A stretch of 64,000 nucleotides of DNA from an uncultured Verrucomicrobiae bacterium (GTDB taxonomy: Bacteria; Verrucomicrobiota; Verrucomicrobiia; Chthoniobacterales; JAFAMB01). The notes under the pieces are model-generated. The model searched no databases. It worked only from the letters and a program-made list of their open reading frames with translations, and was not told where the DNA came from. The DNA lies in the NCBI GenBank assembly GCA_963762565.1, contig CAVXLD010000003.1, positions 896,001 to 960,000 of the forward strand, in the 5' to 3' direction. A program made the position numbers and the translations under genes. Every line of letters begins with the position of its first letter. The first letter of the stretch is position 1. Positions 9,231 through 19,653 of this stretch are shown in pieces.

Positions 9231-10271
9231 TTATTTCGGAGTGATATCTATGACCGAAACCGTTCCGCCTAGATAGTTTGCGACGTAAGCATACTTGCCA
9301 TCCGGAGCGATCGCCACAGACGTCGGGTCGATTCCCACAACGACCTGACCAGCTAGCTTGTTAGTCGCTGTTCTGATCATGGCAACCGTGTCGTCCCTCG
9401 GATAGTTTCTGCCGTTACCCAATGGCACATAGAGGAACTTCCCGTTTGGAGTGATCGCTGGTTGGCCAGGAAGAAGGCGAGTGCTCTTCCGCAGCACGAT
9501 GGTATCAGTGAATGTATTGGTAGCGGTATCGATGATCACGACTACCGGTTGTCCGGTCGAACTAATTCCGGTAAAATAAAGCTTCGTGCCATTCGGCGAA
9601 AACGCCAAACCGCCAAATGGATACGGCACATTCGAGTTAATAGTTCCGGACACCGTGTTAGTCGCGGTATCGATGATACTAATGTAGTAAGGTGGGAAGG
9701 TTTGATTCGCAACATACGCCTTGCTTCCATCCGGCGAAAAAATCACCGCAGTTGGGTTCCCACCGACTGATATGGGCGATAACAGGGTTCCGTTGGAAAT
9801 GACGGTGAGCGTACCATCGTTGTAATTTGAGATATAGACAAGGCTGCCGCCCGGGCTTATCGCCTGGGGGCCTGGGCTCGACCCGGTCGCGTAACTCTGT
9901 ACCAAATGGTGGGTGACCGTTGAGAACTCTAAATCAGCGTTAGAGCTAAGTAGCGTGCAGTAGATACCCTTACCGTCAGGCGTCAGCGCTAAATAGAAGG
10001 GCTGGCCGCTGACACTGATGGTGAAACCAACTTCATTTGTGGCGGTATCGATACCGGAAATCGAATTCGATACTTCGTTGCCGACATAGACCGTGCTACT
10101 ATCAGGGCCGACCGCCAAACTGAAAGGCAATGTCCCGACAGTAATGGTCGCAACCACGGTATTTTTCGGGGTATAAGCGAACCCGGAAATCGGACTTGAG
10201 CTTAGCAAGCCCAGCACAAAAAGGATCAGGCTCGGCTTAGGACAAAACCGCGGACTTATCATCGTTTTCAT
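9231..10271 (-). CDS. Secreted YncE/YVTN beta-propeller protein
   Basis: Signal peptide; repeated P..A.SPDG..YV.N....VSVID blades. Confidence 0.9.
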   Translation of the reverse strand: MKTMISPRFCPKPSLILFVLGLLSSSPISGFAYTPKNTVVATITVGTLPFSLAVGPDSSTVYVGNEVSNSISGIDTATNEVGFTISVSGQPFYLALTPDGKGIYCTLLSSNADLEFSTVTHHLVQSYATGSSPGPQAISPGGSLVYISNYNDGTLTVISNGTLLSPISVGGNPTAVIFSPDGSKAYVANQTFPPYYISIIDTATNTVSGTINSNVPYPFGGLAFSPNGTKLYFTGISSTGQPVVVIIDTATNTFTDTIVLRKSTRLLPGQPAITPNGKFLYVPLGNGRNYPRDDTVAMIRTATNKLAGQVVVGIDPTSVAIAPDGKYAYVANYLGGTVSVIDITPK

Positions 10272-10424
10272 AGGCAGCGCCTAGTTAACTGGCTCCCCGC
10301 TGCTAGAAGCAAGCCTGCTTTTGTTACGGAATGGGTGGAATCTGATGAGTTCCGACCCGCGAAGACGACAACGCTGCGGCACCAAAGCCGGCACGCCTCT
10401 AAAACTCCTCAGGCCAGAATCATG

Positions 10425-10695
10425 ACCCAACCTTCAGCCCGCCTGACTCAAAGAACGCCAGTCACTATTCGTTGCTTACCTGGTCCAAAACACTCGGCGA
10501 TCGTGGCTGACCCTGCTAAATCCTTTGGATTGGCCGCCAGAGTCCAAGGTTTTATCTCGCTAGCATGCTCTGATGCTCGGACCGAACCAAGTGTTACGCC
10601 TGGTCCGTAACTACGACGAAATCCAAGTGTTAGCCTAGGTTCCCTACACCTGGAGCTGGTCAAAACGCTACGAATTCAAACTCGAAGTAACCGGC
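10425..10695 (+). pseudogene. Degenerate partial paralog of the ADP-ribosylglycohydrolase C-terminal region
   Basis: Matches ~8341-8390 then ~8860-9060 (PTF.PPDSK.ASHY; DPA.SFGLAARVQG...LGPNQ.LRLVRNYD), with TAG stops at 10561 and 10636. Confidence 0.8.
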
Positions 10696-10714
10696 GCTAC
10701 GCGCGACTCCCCCG

Positions 10715-11134
10715 CCGGTACCACCCAACGAAACCGTCGGTCTCCAAAAGAATGGGTCCGTCGTGTTACCTGATTCACAGGTTATCGAGCCTGCCGGCCG
10801 TCAAATTACGGTCATCGGACGCCCCAGCGTGATTGCTATCCGGCCCGACCACAAAACCGCGGTCGTCATTAATGGCGATGGCAACACCGGCTTCTCTAGT
10901 GGACCGATTGTGATCTTCGATCTGACCAAAGGAACCGTGCTCCAACAATTGTTGCCTTACACCGGCGCCAAGCCTTCGTTAACGGGAGCGGTTTATTCCC
11001 CAAACGGCCAATATTTGTACGCATCTGATTACGGCAATAACGGCGTAATCGATGTTTACCAAGTGGCTACTGACGGTACGGTCGCCTACTCGACGTCGAT
11101 CGCCTTACCGAACCCCAACGGTAACGACGATTAG
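10715..11134 (+). pseudogene. Truncated N-terminal fragment of a YVTN/phosphoesterase-like protein
   Basis: PPNETVGLQKNGSVVLPDSQVIEPAG resembles PTYTVGPQADGSYVMSVNQTITPAG of 20541-23312. It lacks a signal peptide and stops after ~2 blades. Confidence 0.65.
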
Positions 11135-11181
11135 TAACGATTCGTATGCTCCGGATCGGGTCCGTTGGTGGACCCGATCCA

Positions 11182-11373
11182 CCGTGGAGCGCTGCCTCGC
11201 TTGCGAGGCCGTGGTAAGCACGGGTTAAATCGTGAAGTAAACCGATAGTTGCCTGCGCTCTATACCGTAGGGCTCCGCCTCCTCACGCTTGATAGAGCGC
11301 AGTCAGGCAAGGCGACGAGACCCGCCTCATCACTTTGCTCACCACGGCCTCGCAAGCGAGGCACGCTCCACGG
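11182..11373. repeat. REP-A inverted pair (REPIN)
   Basis: gtggagcgctgcctcgcttgcgaggccgtggt ... accacggcctcgcaagcgaggcacgctccac; preceded by a perfect hairpin at 11153-11180. Confidence 0.85.
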
Positions 11374-11475
11374 CCGTGCGCTCTTTCGGCGCGATCCGTC
11401 TCGATATCAGCTCAATTGATATCCAATCACAATAAACGATTGTGCTCAGCCCGGCGGCTCGCACCATTGTCCGGT

Positions 11476-11745
11476 ATGAAAACCGAGATTCAACCCTTCA
11501 GTAATGAGAACGCGAGCCAGTACTATCTGACGAAAACCGACCTGGTCGCCGACAAACGGGTCTTAGCAGAATTCGGTTTTGGTACCCTCGCCGGGGTCAT
11601 TTCATTCGTGGCCGCGGTCTTCACTACAGTGGTCGAAATACCCGGTTTTTGGCGATCCTTCTGGCTAATGATCTGTATCAGCAGCTTTGTCTGCGCCGTC
11701 GCATTAGTCACTGAAGGAACCAGGCATTTCGAGGGACGGTCGTGA
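11476..11745 (+). CDS. Small two-TM hypothetical membrane protein
   Basis: ATG after the repeat; two hydrophobic segments. Confidence 0.55.
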   Translation: MKTEIQPFSNENASQYYLTKTDLVADKRVLAEFGFGTLAGVISFVAAVFTTVVEIPGFWRSFWLMICISSFVCAVALVTEGTRHFEGRS

Positions 11746-11771
11746 CAAAAAGGAGTTCAAGGAGAGGCCCA

Positions 11772-11894
11772 GGGAGGGCGCGCGTCCCCGCGCGCCGCGA
11801 GGACATGCCACAACTCAAAGGGCGCATTTTGTTCCGCGGTTATCACATGTGCTCGGCTCCGTTAACAAAGGATCGCGGGGACGCGATCCCTCCC
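11772..11894 (+). repeat. ~122-bp GGGAGGG-terminated REPIN/MITE (family E), copy 1
   Basis: gggagggcgcgcgtccccgcgcgcc ... ggatcgcggggacgcgatccctccc, with a conserved interior shared with 20036, 34043 and 36650. Confidence 0.85.
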
Positions 11895-12033
11895 GGGCCT
11901 TGGGCCCCGCATCTCCTGACTCCTGGATTCTGGCTCCTGGCTCCTCTCCCTGAACTCCTTGAACTCCCGAACTCCTGAACTCCTCTTTTCAAGCTTCCCC
12001 GAAGTACCGGTTTAGGCCACCATCCAGGAGGCA

Positions 12034-13653
12034 ATGAGCACAACCTCTATTTGGACCGCGCTCCGCAACCCCGCGTTCCGTATTTTGTGGGTGGCCAGCG
12101 TTGTCTCAGGTTGCTGCGTTTCGGCTCACGATATGGCGGCCACGTGGGTCATGAACACGCTGTCGCCTTCGCCACTGATGATCTCTCTGATGTCCACAGC
12201 GGCGGCGCTGCCTTTTTTTGTTATGACTCTGCCGGCCGGTGCACTGGCGGACATGGTTGACCGAAAAAAGATTCTCATGGTGATGCATGTCTGGCTTGCT
12301 TTATCAGCTGCCGGACTTGCGGTACTAGGGTCGCTGAGATTGTTGAATCCTTATTTAATATTGATTGGAGTATTTTTGCTTGGGGTCGGCTTCGCGGCCA
12401 ACGGTCCCGCCTGGACGTCAGTAATTCCCGATGTGGTAACCAAGGACGAGCTTCCTTCAGCAGTGACCTTGAGCGGCGTGCAGATGAATATTTCGGGAGT
12501 TATCGGGCCCGCTCTTGGAGGACTCCTTCTTCCCTTGATCGGAGCGAACTCCGTTTTTGCTCTCAATGGGGCCGCTTTTCTCCTTGTGTTGCTGGCAGTC
12601 CTGCAATGGCGCAACCCGCACAAACGGTTTAGAGACTCGGCCGAGAGTATGCTCGAGTCGTTCATTGGCACGGTTCGTTACGTTCGATACACGCGCGGCG
12701 TACGAGTTGTTCTCATTCGCGCTTTCCTATTCTCGCTGCTGATCTCGGTAATCCCAGCCCTCCTTCCGGCCATTGGCCTCAAAGCGCTTAACCTAACCTC
12801 CTCGCATCTTGGGATCCTGTTTACGAGCATGGCCGTCGGAGGGTTGTTAGGTGCAGTCTATGTCGTACCGAGAGCCCGAGCCCGTTACAGCTCCAATCAG
12901 GTTACAATCGTAGCCAGTCTGCTGCTGATTGCGGTGTATGTTCTGATGGCCGCTGTTCGTGACCTTGGGATCTTCATGGTGGTTGCGGCTCTCGCCGGCG
13001 CTTGCTGGACTCTGGCAGGCTCGGAGATTTGGGTGGTCGCACAGCAAGCGATGCCAGGCTGGACCCGTGGTCGTTTGAACGCGGCTCAAATCATGGTTTC
13101 TCAAGGCGGCATCGCAGTCGGAGGCGTAGTCTGGGGCGTCCTGGCAGAATTCACCGGCTTTCAATATACGCTCCTGCTCGCCGCTTTGTTGGTCTGTTAC
13201 AACCTGAGTGTAACCGGTCCGTTGTCGCTCGATTTCGTTAGTTCGCTCGACATAGAGCCGGGTCTCCCGCCGCGGACCCCAGACTTTTCTGATCCTCCCG
13301 GACCCGACGACGGACCCATCGCGGTGGTTGCTGAGGTTACGGTCGACCAGGAAAAACGGAGTCAGTTCCTCGAGTTAGTACGGGAGCTTCGCCTGATTTA
13401 TCTACGAAACGGTGCGTCCAGTGTTCGACTTTACGAGAGTCTCGCCGATCGGTCGGTGTTTCGGCTAGAGGCAGTGGTTACAACTTGGCGCGAACACCTG
13501 CTCCTTAATCGCCGGTTGACCAAGACAGAGCGCGAACTTTTAGTTCGAGTCCTGCAATTTCATAACGGCGAAAAAGCTGCCGTTTATCATTACACTTTAG
13601 TAACCAGAGAAATTCTTGCTCGCCGGCCAGCAGAGGATCACGGCGGGGCGTAG
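12034..13653 (+). CDS. MFS transporter (MFS_3/DUF894-type with soluble C-terminal domain)
   Basis: LPAGALADMVDRKK motif A, about 12 TM segments, C-terminal ~120-aa domain (GPIAVVAEVTV...W.EHL). Confidence 0.92.
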   Translation: MSTTSIWTALRNPAFRILWVASVVSGCCVSAHDMAATWVMNTLSPSPLMISLMSTAAALPFFVMTLPAGALADMVDRKKILMVMHVWLALSAAGLAVLGSLRLLNPYLILIGVFLLGVGFAANGPAWTSVIPDVVTKDELPSAVTLSGVQMNISGVIGPALGGLLLPLIGANSVFALNGAAFLLVLLAVLQWRNPHKRFRDSAESMLESFIGTVRYVRYTRGVRVVLIRAFLFSLLISVIPALLPAIGLKALNLTSSHLGILFTSMAVGGLLGAVYVVPRARARYSSNQVTIVASLLLIAVYVLMAAVRDLGIFMVVAALAGACWTLAGSEIWVVAQQAMPGWTRGRLNAAQIMVSQGGIAVGGVVWGVLAEFTGFQYTLLLAALLVCYNLSVTGPLSLDFVSSLDIEPGLPPRTPDFSDPPGPDDGPIAVVAEVTVDQEKRSQFLELVRELRLIYLRNGASSVRLYESLADRSVFRLEAVVTTWREHLLLNRRLTKTERELLVRVLQFHNGEKAAVYHYTLVTREILARRPAEDHGGA

Positions 13654-13681
13654 TTGAAGGAGTTCAATGTCCTATGTGCCT

Positions 13682-13962
13682 GGAGGGGAGCCGCTTTGGA
13701 GTGTAACCAAGCGACCCCACGATATTCGTATCGGCGCGTGCATGATCACAAATCCTTTTAAACAGGCGGCTCCCGGGAACGTTCCAATGCGTGTTAGGTT
13801 TGTCGCTCCGTTGAGCAGTGAAGAATCTCCAAGCACAACGATGGACAAAACGCCGCGTGCGGTAATTCCCGGGAGCCGCCTGTTTAACACCCTATTTAGT
13901 CTGCCTCGCACTGGAAAGAATTTCGCGAGATCTTTGGGTCCGACCCAAAGCGGCTCCCCTCC
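13682..13962. repeat. ~280-bp doubly palindromic element (family F), copy 1
   Basis: Outer IR ggaggggagccgctttgg/ccaaagcggctcccctcc; inner IR ttaaacaggcggctcccgggaa/ttcccgggagccgcctgtttaa; a homologous copy at 27330-27620. Confidence 0.85.
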
Positions 13963-14014
13963 GGTTGGACGCTGCGCCTTTGTCAGATAAGCGGCAACGT
14001 GTAAGACTCTGCCG

Positions 14015-15919
14015 ATGGCGGATCCAATCTCGGTAATAAGCGCAAAGGAATTGACGGTGCGATACGGGCCGCAAACCGTGCTGGACGAAGCCAGCCTGAA
14101 TATCGATGAAGGAGAACGTCTCGGTTTGGTCGGACGCAACGGAACGGGCAAATCGACCTTTCTCCAGATCCTGGCCGGTCATGAGCTGCCCGATTCCGGA
14201 GAAGTCGTGCGCAGGCGCGAATTGATTGTTGGATACATGCCTCAGCAATTTCGGCTGGAGGACGCCGCCACGGTGCATGCTAATATTATGGCTGGCGCCC
14301 AAACCGTACTCGATTTGATCCAGCAATACGAGCAGGCTCCGGCCGCCTCTGACGGGAGCGCCCGTTTGCTGGATCGAATTGAACATCTTGGCGGCTGGAC
14401 GATCGAACATCGCATCAAGTCGTTAGTCGAACATCTGCATGCTCCGTCCCTCGACCGTACGGTACGAGATTTGTCAGGGGGCGAAAAACGGCGCGTTGCC
14501 CTCTGCCGTGCACTGGTTTCGCAGCCCGACCTCTTGCTTCTCGATGAGCCAACCAACCACCTCGATACCACCGCCATCGAATGGTTAGAGGATTTTCTTG
14601 CCCACTATCCTGGCACCTGCCTTTTCGTCACTCACGATCGTTATTTTTTGGATAAAATCGCCACCGGGATCGTTGAATTAGACCAAGGTAAATTCCTCCG
14701 ATACACCGGTAATTACACCGACTTCTTGCTGACTCGCGCCGCCCGAAAAGCAGCCTTGGAACAACAAGAACGTAAACGCCAAAAATTTCTGAAACGAGAA
14801 CTGGAATGGGTTCGGCGTAGTCCCAGTGCCCGCCGGACGAAGTCGATCGACCGGGTAGAAAAATTTTTCGAGATGGCCGCCCAGGAAGAGCCGGCTCCTG
14901 AAACCGAAGCGGAACTGATCATTCCGCCACCGCCGAAATTGGGTGAACGGGTAATCGAATTGAAAGAAATCACGCTAGACCGGAACGGAAGAAAACTGAT
15001 CGACGATCTAAACCTGGATCTTAGACCCGGTGAAAAGCTTGGCGTGATCGGCGCAAACGGTCTGGGCAAGACCAGCCTGATCAAAGTGATTCTAGGTCAG
15101 TTGCCGCCGACTAAAGGTGAGGTAGTGCTCGGCCCGCGCGTACAAATTAACTACGTCGATCAAGATCGAACATTACTTGATGATCAGAAAACGGTTTGGC
15201 AGGAGATCGGCGGAGGCAACGAGTCTATCAGGCTCGGCGAAGAAACGATTTCCTTACGCTCGTATCTCCGTCGATTTCTGTTCACTGAAGATCGCATTAA
15301 CACCAAGATAGAACTGCTCAGCGGTGGCGAAAGAAATCGGGTGGTACTGGCGAAAACGCTAAAACAAGGCGGCAACGTGTTGATTCTCGATGAACCCACC
15401 AACGATCTCGATCTGGGTACATTGCGTTTATTGGAGGAAGCCCTGATCGATTTTTTGGGAACAGTGATCGTGATCAGCCACGACCGCTATTTTCTCAACC
15501 GGGTGGCAACCGCAATTCTGGCGTTCGAAGGTGACGCCATCGTTCGATACGCAGTCGGTAACTACGATTACTATTTACAAAAAAAAGCCGAAGAGCAAAG
15601 CTTGCTCCCGCCAAAGCCGGCCGCACCAACGCCTGTTGCTAAAACCGTCGCTCCGGTAACTAACCGGCCCCGCAAACTCAAATGGAAAGAGGAACGTGAA
15701 CTGGAGACGATCGAAGCCACCATCCTGGAGGCCGAGGACAAGGTGATCGACCTGGAAAAAGTGTTTGCCGATCCCGACTTTTATAAAAAACACGGTAAAG
15801 ACTATGCGACGTTGGAAGCGGACCTAAAAACGGCCAGAGAACGAGTGACCGAGCTATATCGTCGCTGGGAAGAGCTGGAACAGATCAAGCAAGCGAGCAC
15901 TGTCTTCAAGGCGCCGTGA
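14015..15919 (+). CDS. uup: ABC-F family ATPase (Uup-like)
   Basis: Two ABC domains (GRNGTGKST, LSGGEKRR, LDEPTNHLD; GANGLGKTS, LSGGERNR), no TM segments, C-terminal KLKWKEERELE coiled coil. Confidence 0.88.
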   Translation: MADPISVISAKELTVRYGPQTVLDEASLNIDEGERLGLVGRNGTGKSTFLQILAGHELPDSGEVVRRRELIVGYMPQQFRLEDAATVHANIMAGAQTVLDLIQQYEQAPAASDGSARLLDRIEHLGGWTIEHRIKSLVEHLHAPSLDRTVRDLSGGEKRRVALCRALVSQPDLLLLDEPTNHLDTTAIEWLEDFLAHYPGTCLFVTHDRYFLDKIATGIVELDQGKFLRYTGNYTDFLLTRAARKAALEQQERKRQKFLKRELEWVRRSPSARRTKSIDRVEKFFEMAAQEEPAPETEAELIIPPPPKLGERVIELKEITLDRNGRKLIDDLNLDLRPGEKLGVIGANGLGKTSLIKVILGQLPPTKGEVVLGPRVQINYVDQDRTLLDDQKTVWQEIGGGNESIRLGEETISLRSYLRRFLFTEDRINTKIELLSGGERNRVVLAKTLKQGGNVLILDEPTNDLDLGTLRLLEEALIDFLGTVIVISHDRYFLNRVATAILAFEGDAIVRYAVGNYDYYLQKKAEEQSLLPPKPAAPTPVAKTVAPVTNRPRKLKWKEERELETIEATILEAEDKVIDLEKVFADPDFYKKHGKDYATLEADLKTARERVTELYRRWEELEQIKQASTVFKAP

Positions 15920-15954
15920 TCCGCCGAACCATGGGGTCCCGGCGGAAGAATTAA

Positions 15955-16170
15955 CTCACGCAAAGACGCAAAGGCGCAAAAGGTTAAGACCATGCGGGCT
16001 GAGCGTTTTCAACTTCGACGCGATGGATCGGATTGGCGGGCGAAGATAATCTAAGGCCGAGCCACGAAGAAACGGCCCCTTATGAATTAGTATCTCCCGA
16101 CGATGCCCTCGTACGTCTGCGTAGGGTTTGCAACTTTCTTAACCTTTGCGCCTTTGCGTCTTTGCGTGAG
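15955..16170. repeat. CTCACGCAAAGACGCAAAG inverted-repeat element (family D), copy 1
   Basis: Arms at 15955-15980 and 16144-16170; the interior is homologous to the reverse complement of 17961-18115. Confidence 0.85.
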
Positions 16171-16206
16171 ATTTTCTGCGCTCGGGTTGCGGCGATTTGT
16201 CTTTAT

Positions 16207-17185
16207 TTAGAACGATTCGCCGACCATCTCCTCGCTCTTCTTCCAGAGCGCGGCGGCGGTCTTGGAATCGAGCGCATACCCGCGCATACCTTCGCTGCCC
16301 GGGCCGAGGTCGACATCATCGGGTACGAGGTGGGCAACGTGGCAGTTCTCGCAATACTTGCCCCCGATCTCCTCAGCGCTGGCCACTACCCCAGCCCACA
16401 CGGAGGTTGCCGCTCCCTGCTGGACTGTCTTCCATTGCAAAGGTTCCTTACCTTCGGCGGCAAGCTGTTTCTCCATTTGCTCTAGCAAACCTTTCATATA
16501 TTCGGGATCCATGTAACGGGTCAATTCGGTGTGTATTATCCCTGGATGGACAGCTGCCGCCCGGACGCCATCGCTCCCGGTGCCGCTCGTCGAAGGCGAC
16601 CGCAAATTGAATATTTGCGGTTTTCGACCGCCCATAAGCCACAAACGGTTCGTAAGTGGCCCGTTCAAAGTTCGGATCGTCCAGGTCAACATTAGAGTAA
16701 CGGTGGCCCGCTGAAGACAAGTTGATCAGGCGAGATCCGGTTCTCATCAATGGCGCAACCCGATTAACCAGGACAAAGTGGCCAAGGTGATTAGTACCGA
16801 ACTGGGTTTCAAATCCGTCCGCGGTATGTCCGAAAGGTGTGGCCATCACCCCGGCATTCGCGATGACCAGGTCGAAGGGTTCACCCTTGGCTTTGAGCTC
16901 GTCCGCGCAGGCACGCACACTTTTGAGATTAGCGAGGTCGAGCTGGACCAATTCAAACTGTCCGCCATTCGCCGCAGCATCCTTTCGGATTTGAGCGGTG
17001 CTTGTTTCCGCTTTCTTCAAATCCCGGGCTGTACCCACAACCTGGGCGCCGCGCGCTGCTAAAGATCGCGCCGTTTCCACCCCGATCCCAGCCGAAACAC
17101 CGGTAACCAGGATGCGTTTGCCGTGAAGATCGACACCGGATAAGACCTCATCGGTGGTTGAAGCCGGGCCAAATAGATTTGCCAT
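16207..17185 (-). pseudogene. SDR oxidoreductase (retinol-DH/WWOX-like) split by one +1 indel near 16570
   Basis: TGVSAGIG, NAGVMA, NHLGHF and YGRSK in one frame; VHPG...QGAATSVWA...LWKKSE in the other. Deleting one base gives RHRERGVRAAAVHPG. May be a sequencing error. Confidence 0.85.
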
Positions 17186-17216
17186 TTCTTACTCCTATTG
17201 ATAAATGTTTAATAAA

Positions 17217-17260
17217 CGGAGAGAGTCTCCGCAATACATAAGTGGAGACTTTCTCCGCTT
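17217..17260. promoter_or_regulatory. Two TetR-type operators between the divergent SDR and TetR genes
   Basis: CGGAGAGAGTCTCCG (17217-17231) and AAGTGGAGACTTTCTCCGCTT (17240-17260). Confidence 0.7.
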
Positions 17261-17274
17261 GCAAGTGATTTTCT

Positions 17275-17940
17275 ATGCCGGCAAAGACCCGCACAAAAAC
17301 CCGCATCAAGTCTCCTACTCGCAAACCGCGTGCTGATGCACTGCGTAACCGCACGCGCATCTTGGAGATCGCCAAAGTGGCGTTCACCCGGTTCGGAGGG
17401 AACGTCAGTCTGGATGATGTGGCCCGCCGGGCGCGAATCGGCGCGGGGACACTGTACCGCCACTTCCCCACCCGGGACGCTCTATTAGAGGCCGTTTATC
17501 GCACGGAAGTAGAGAAACTGGCTGCAGCCGAACTCGAATTTGCCAAGTCCATGCCTCCGGCCCAAGCCTTGCGAGCATGGATGTTACTCTTCGTAGACTA
17601 CATCGCAACGAAACAACTGATCGCACCTGCGCTGAACAACATTGTGGGCGGACCGTCCAAGCTATTTGAATGGACTGGTAGTCAGATCAAGGGCGCGATC
17701 GACAATTTGGTGAACCGAGCGATCGAAAGCGGTGACATTCGGTCCGACCTCGACCCAGTTGACTTGCTGCGGGCTCTCATCGGCGTGTCGAACGTGGCGT
17801 CCAGCCCGGACTGGGCTCAAAGCGCGCGCAGGCTAGTGGACATTCTCCTTCTCGGCTCGCGTCCCGTGCCCGAAAGAGCTTCACCACCAAGAAACAGAAA
17901 ACGTGCACAGAAGATCACAAAGGACACAAAGACAGAATAA
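17275..17940 (+). CDS. TetR/AcrR family regulator
   Basis: RADALRNRTRIL ... SLDDVARRARIGAGTLYRHFPTRDALL. Confidence 0.95.
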   Translation: MPAKTRTKTRIKSPTRKPRADALRNRTRILEIAKVAFTRFGGNVSLDDVARRARIGAGTLYRHFPTRDALLEAVYRTEVEKLAAAELEFAKSMPPAQALRAWMLLFVDYIATKQLIAPALNNIVGGPSKLFEWTGSQIKGAIDNLVNRAIESGDIRSDLDPVDLLRALIGVSNVASSPDWAQSARRLVDILLLGSRPVPERASPPRNRKRAQKITKDTKTE

Positions 17941-17941
17941 A

Positions 17942-18142
17942 CTCACGCAAAGGCGCAAAGGTTAAGGCACAGGCACGTGCCGGGCAAAGCACGAGGAGAT
18001 CAGGGGACACAATAATTCTAAACCAACGCTTCTCTTGGGAGCTCGGCCTCTTTTCGCTAGCCGACCCGATCCATCGCTTCGAAATCGAAAACGCTCAGCC
18101 CTGCATGGTCTTAACCTTTGCGCCTTTGCTTCTTTGCGTGAG
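17942..18142. repeat. Family D element, copy 2
   Basis: ctcacgcaaaggcgcaaag ... ctttgcgcctttgcttctttgcgtgag. Confidence 0.85.
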
Positions 18143-18184
18143 ATTTTCTATGCTTGGGTTGTGGCTATTTCGGCTCTGGCCTTA

Positions 18185-18940
18185 TCACTGCGCGGTATAG
18201 CCGCCGTCGACTCTTAGCACCTGGCCGGTGATGTAGGAAGATTGATCCGAGGCCAGGAACAGCGCTGCCTGGGCTGTTTCGATCGGTTGCGCGGCCCGTC
18301 CCAGCGGGATGATATTGGTCGCCAAGTTCTGGATTGACTGGTCATCGCCTAGCCCCCGTCTAGCCATATCAGTGAGAGTAACCCCCGGACTGAGAACGTT
18401 GACTCGGATCCCGGCCTTAGCCAATTCCAGGGCTGCGCTGAAGGCTAGCGCATTCACGCCACCTTTACTGGCGGCATAAACAGCAGCTCCGGCAAAACCG
18501 ACTTCAGCGACAATACTTGAATTGAAGATGATGGAGCTACCCGGAGGCATCACTGCGGCTTCATATTTCAAGCTCAGAAAAGCTCCTTTGAGATTGATGC
18601 CGATGACTTCATCAAAGACAGCTCCTGTTTGTTCGGCCAGCGGCACACCAAACTTGCCTTCTATTCCTGCGTTGTTAAATGCGACATTGAGCGTGCCGAA
18701 CGTCGAAACGGTTTCGTTAATGAGTTGCTCAACCTGATCCGCTTTAGAGACGTCGGCCTGAATGAACTTAGCGGTTCCGCCCGCCTTACGAATCAAAGCG
18801 GCAACTTCTTCTCCTTCTTCTTTTCGCCGGCCGGCCACCACCACTTTTGCGCCTTCGCCAGCGAATAAAATGGCTGTTTCCCGACCGATTCCAGACGTTG
18901 CCCCGGTCACCAATGCTACTTTGTCTTTCAAAATATTCAT
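18185..18940 (-). CDS. Classical SDR oxidoreductase (FabG/glucose-1-dehydrogenase-like)
   Basis: TGATSGIG, NNAG, YAASK, IRVNVLSPG, YITGQVLRVDGG. Confidence 0.95.
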   Translation of the reverse strand: MNILKDKVALVTGATSGIGRETAILFAGEGAKVVVAGRRKEEGEEVAALIRKAGGTAKFIQADVSKADQVEQLINETVSTFGTLNVAFNNAGIEGKFGVPLAEQTGAVFDEVIGINLKGAFLSLKYEAAVMPPGSSIIFNSSIVAEVGFAGAAVYAASKGGVNALAFSAALELAKAGIRVNVLSPGVTLTDMARRGLGDDQSIQNLATNIIPLGRAAQPIETAQAALFLASDQSSYITGQVLRVDGGYTAQ

Positions 18941-19029
18941 TTAAGCAATCTAGTTGTATTTTTCAGTTCCATTTCTTTACCGGCTAGTATAGAATGCAGA
19001 AGAGTGGTTTCGTCAACTAATCTTTACTA

Positions 19030-19638
19030 ATGAGTACAGAAATCCATTCGTCCCCGGCTCGCGGCCGTCCCCGCTGTTTTGATCTGGAGGAGGCGCTGGA
19101 CCGGTCGCTGCTGCTTTTCTGGGAAAAGGGGTTCAAAAACACCTCCCTGGACGAAATCGCTGAAGCCGTTGGCGTTAAAAAACCTAGTCTCTACGCGGCC
19201 TTCGGAGACAAAGAGATGCTCTTCCGCAAAGTCCTCCGGAGATATTCCAGCAAACTCAGTGAACCGGTCCAGGCTTTGGATCGTTATGCTGATATTCGTG
19301 AAGCCGTCAATGCATTTATCGAGCTCGGAATTGCCGGCGGTTGCGGCAAGGGACATCCGCGTGGCTGTTTATTAGTGAGTGCTTTTGCCGATAGCGCCCT
19401 ACTCCCACCGAACCTGGCTAAGGAAATCAAAGGGCTCGTCAACCAAGCCGACCAAGCGGTTGCACAACGCTTAAAGAAAGCCGTTCGTGACAGGCAACTC
19501 CCCCCTGATTTCGATGCGAAAGGCACCGCCAGATTCCTCATTACTTTGATGCATGGCGTCGCCCTGCGCGTCCGAGCCGGTGAAAGCCGCGCCGATTTAC
19601 AAAGAATGAAAAAAGCCGCTCTCCGTTGCCTTGGCTAA
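19030..19638 (+). CDS. TetR/AcrR family regulator (ComR/NemR-like)
   Basis: RGRPRCFD...FWEKGF...PSLYAAFGDKE..RGCLL; a weak palindrome TACCGGCTAGTA upstream at ~18978. Confidence 0.93.
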   Translation: MSTEIHSSPARGRPRCFDLEEALDRSLLLFWEKGFKNTSLDEIAEAVGVKKPSLYAAFGDKEMLFRKVLRRYSSKLSEPVQALDRYADIREAVNAFIELGIAGGCGKGHPRGCLLVSAFADSALLPPNLAKEIKGLVNQADQAVAQRLKKAVRDRQLPPDFDAKGTARFLITLMHGVALRVRAGESRADLQRMKKAALRCLG

Positions 19639-19653
19639 TAAGAGAAAGAAAAT

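Noticed and set aside
10425..10695. DGR template repeat for the ADP-ribosylglycohydrolase 3' end
   Set aside because: Differences are not adenine-specific, and no reverse transcriptase is present.
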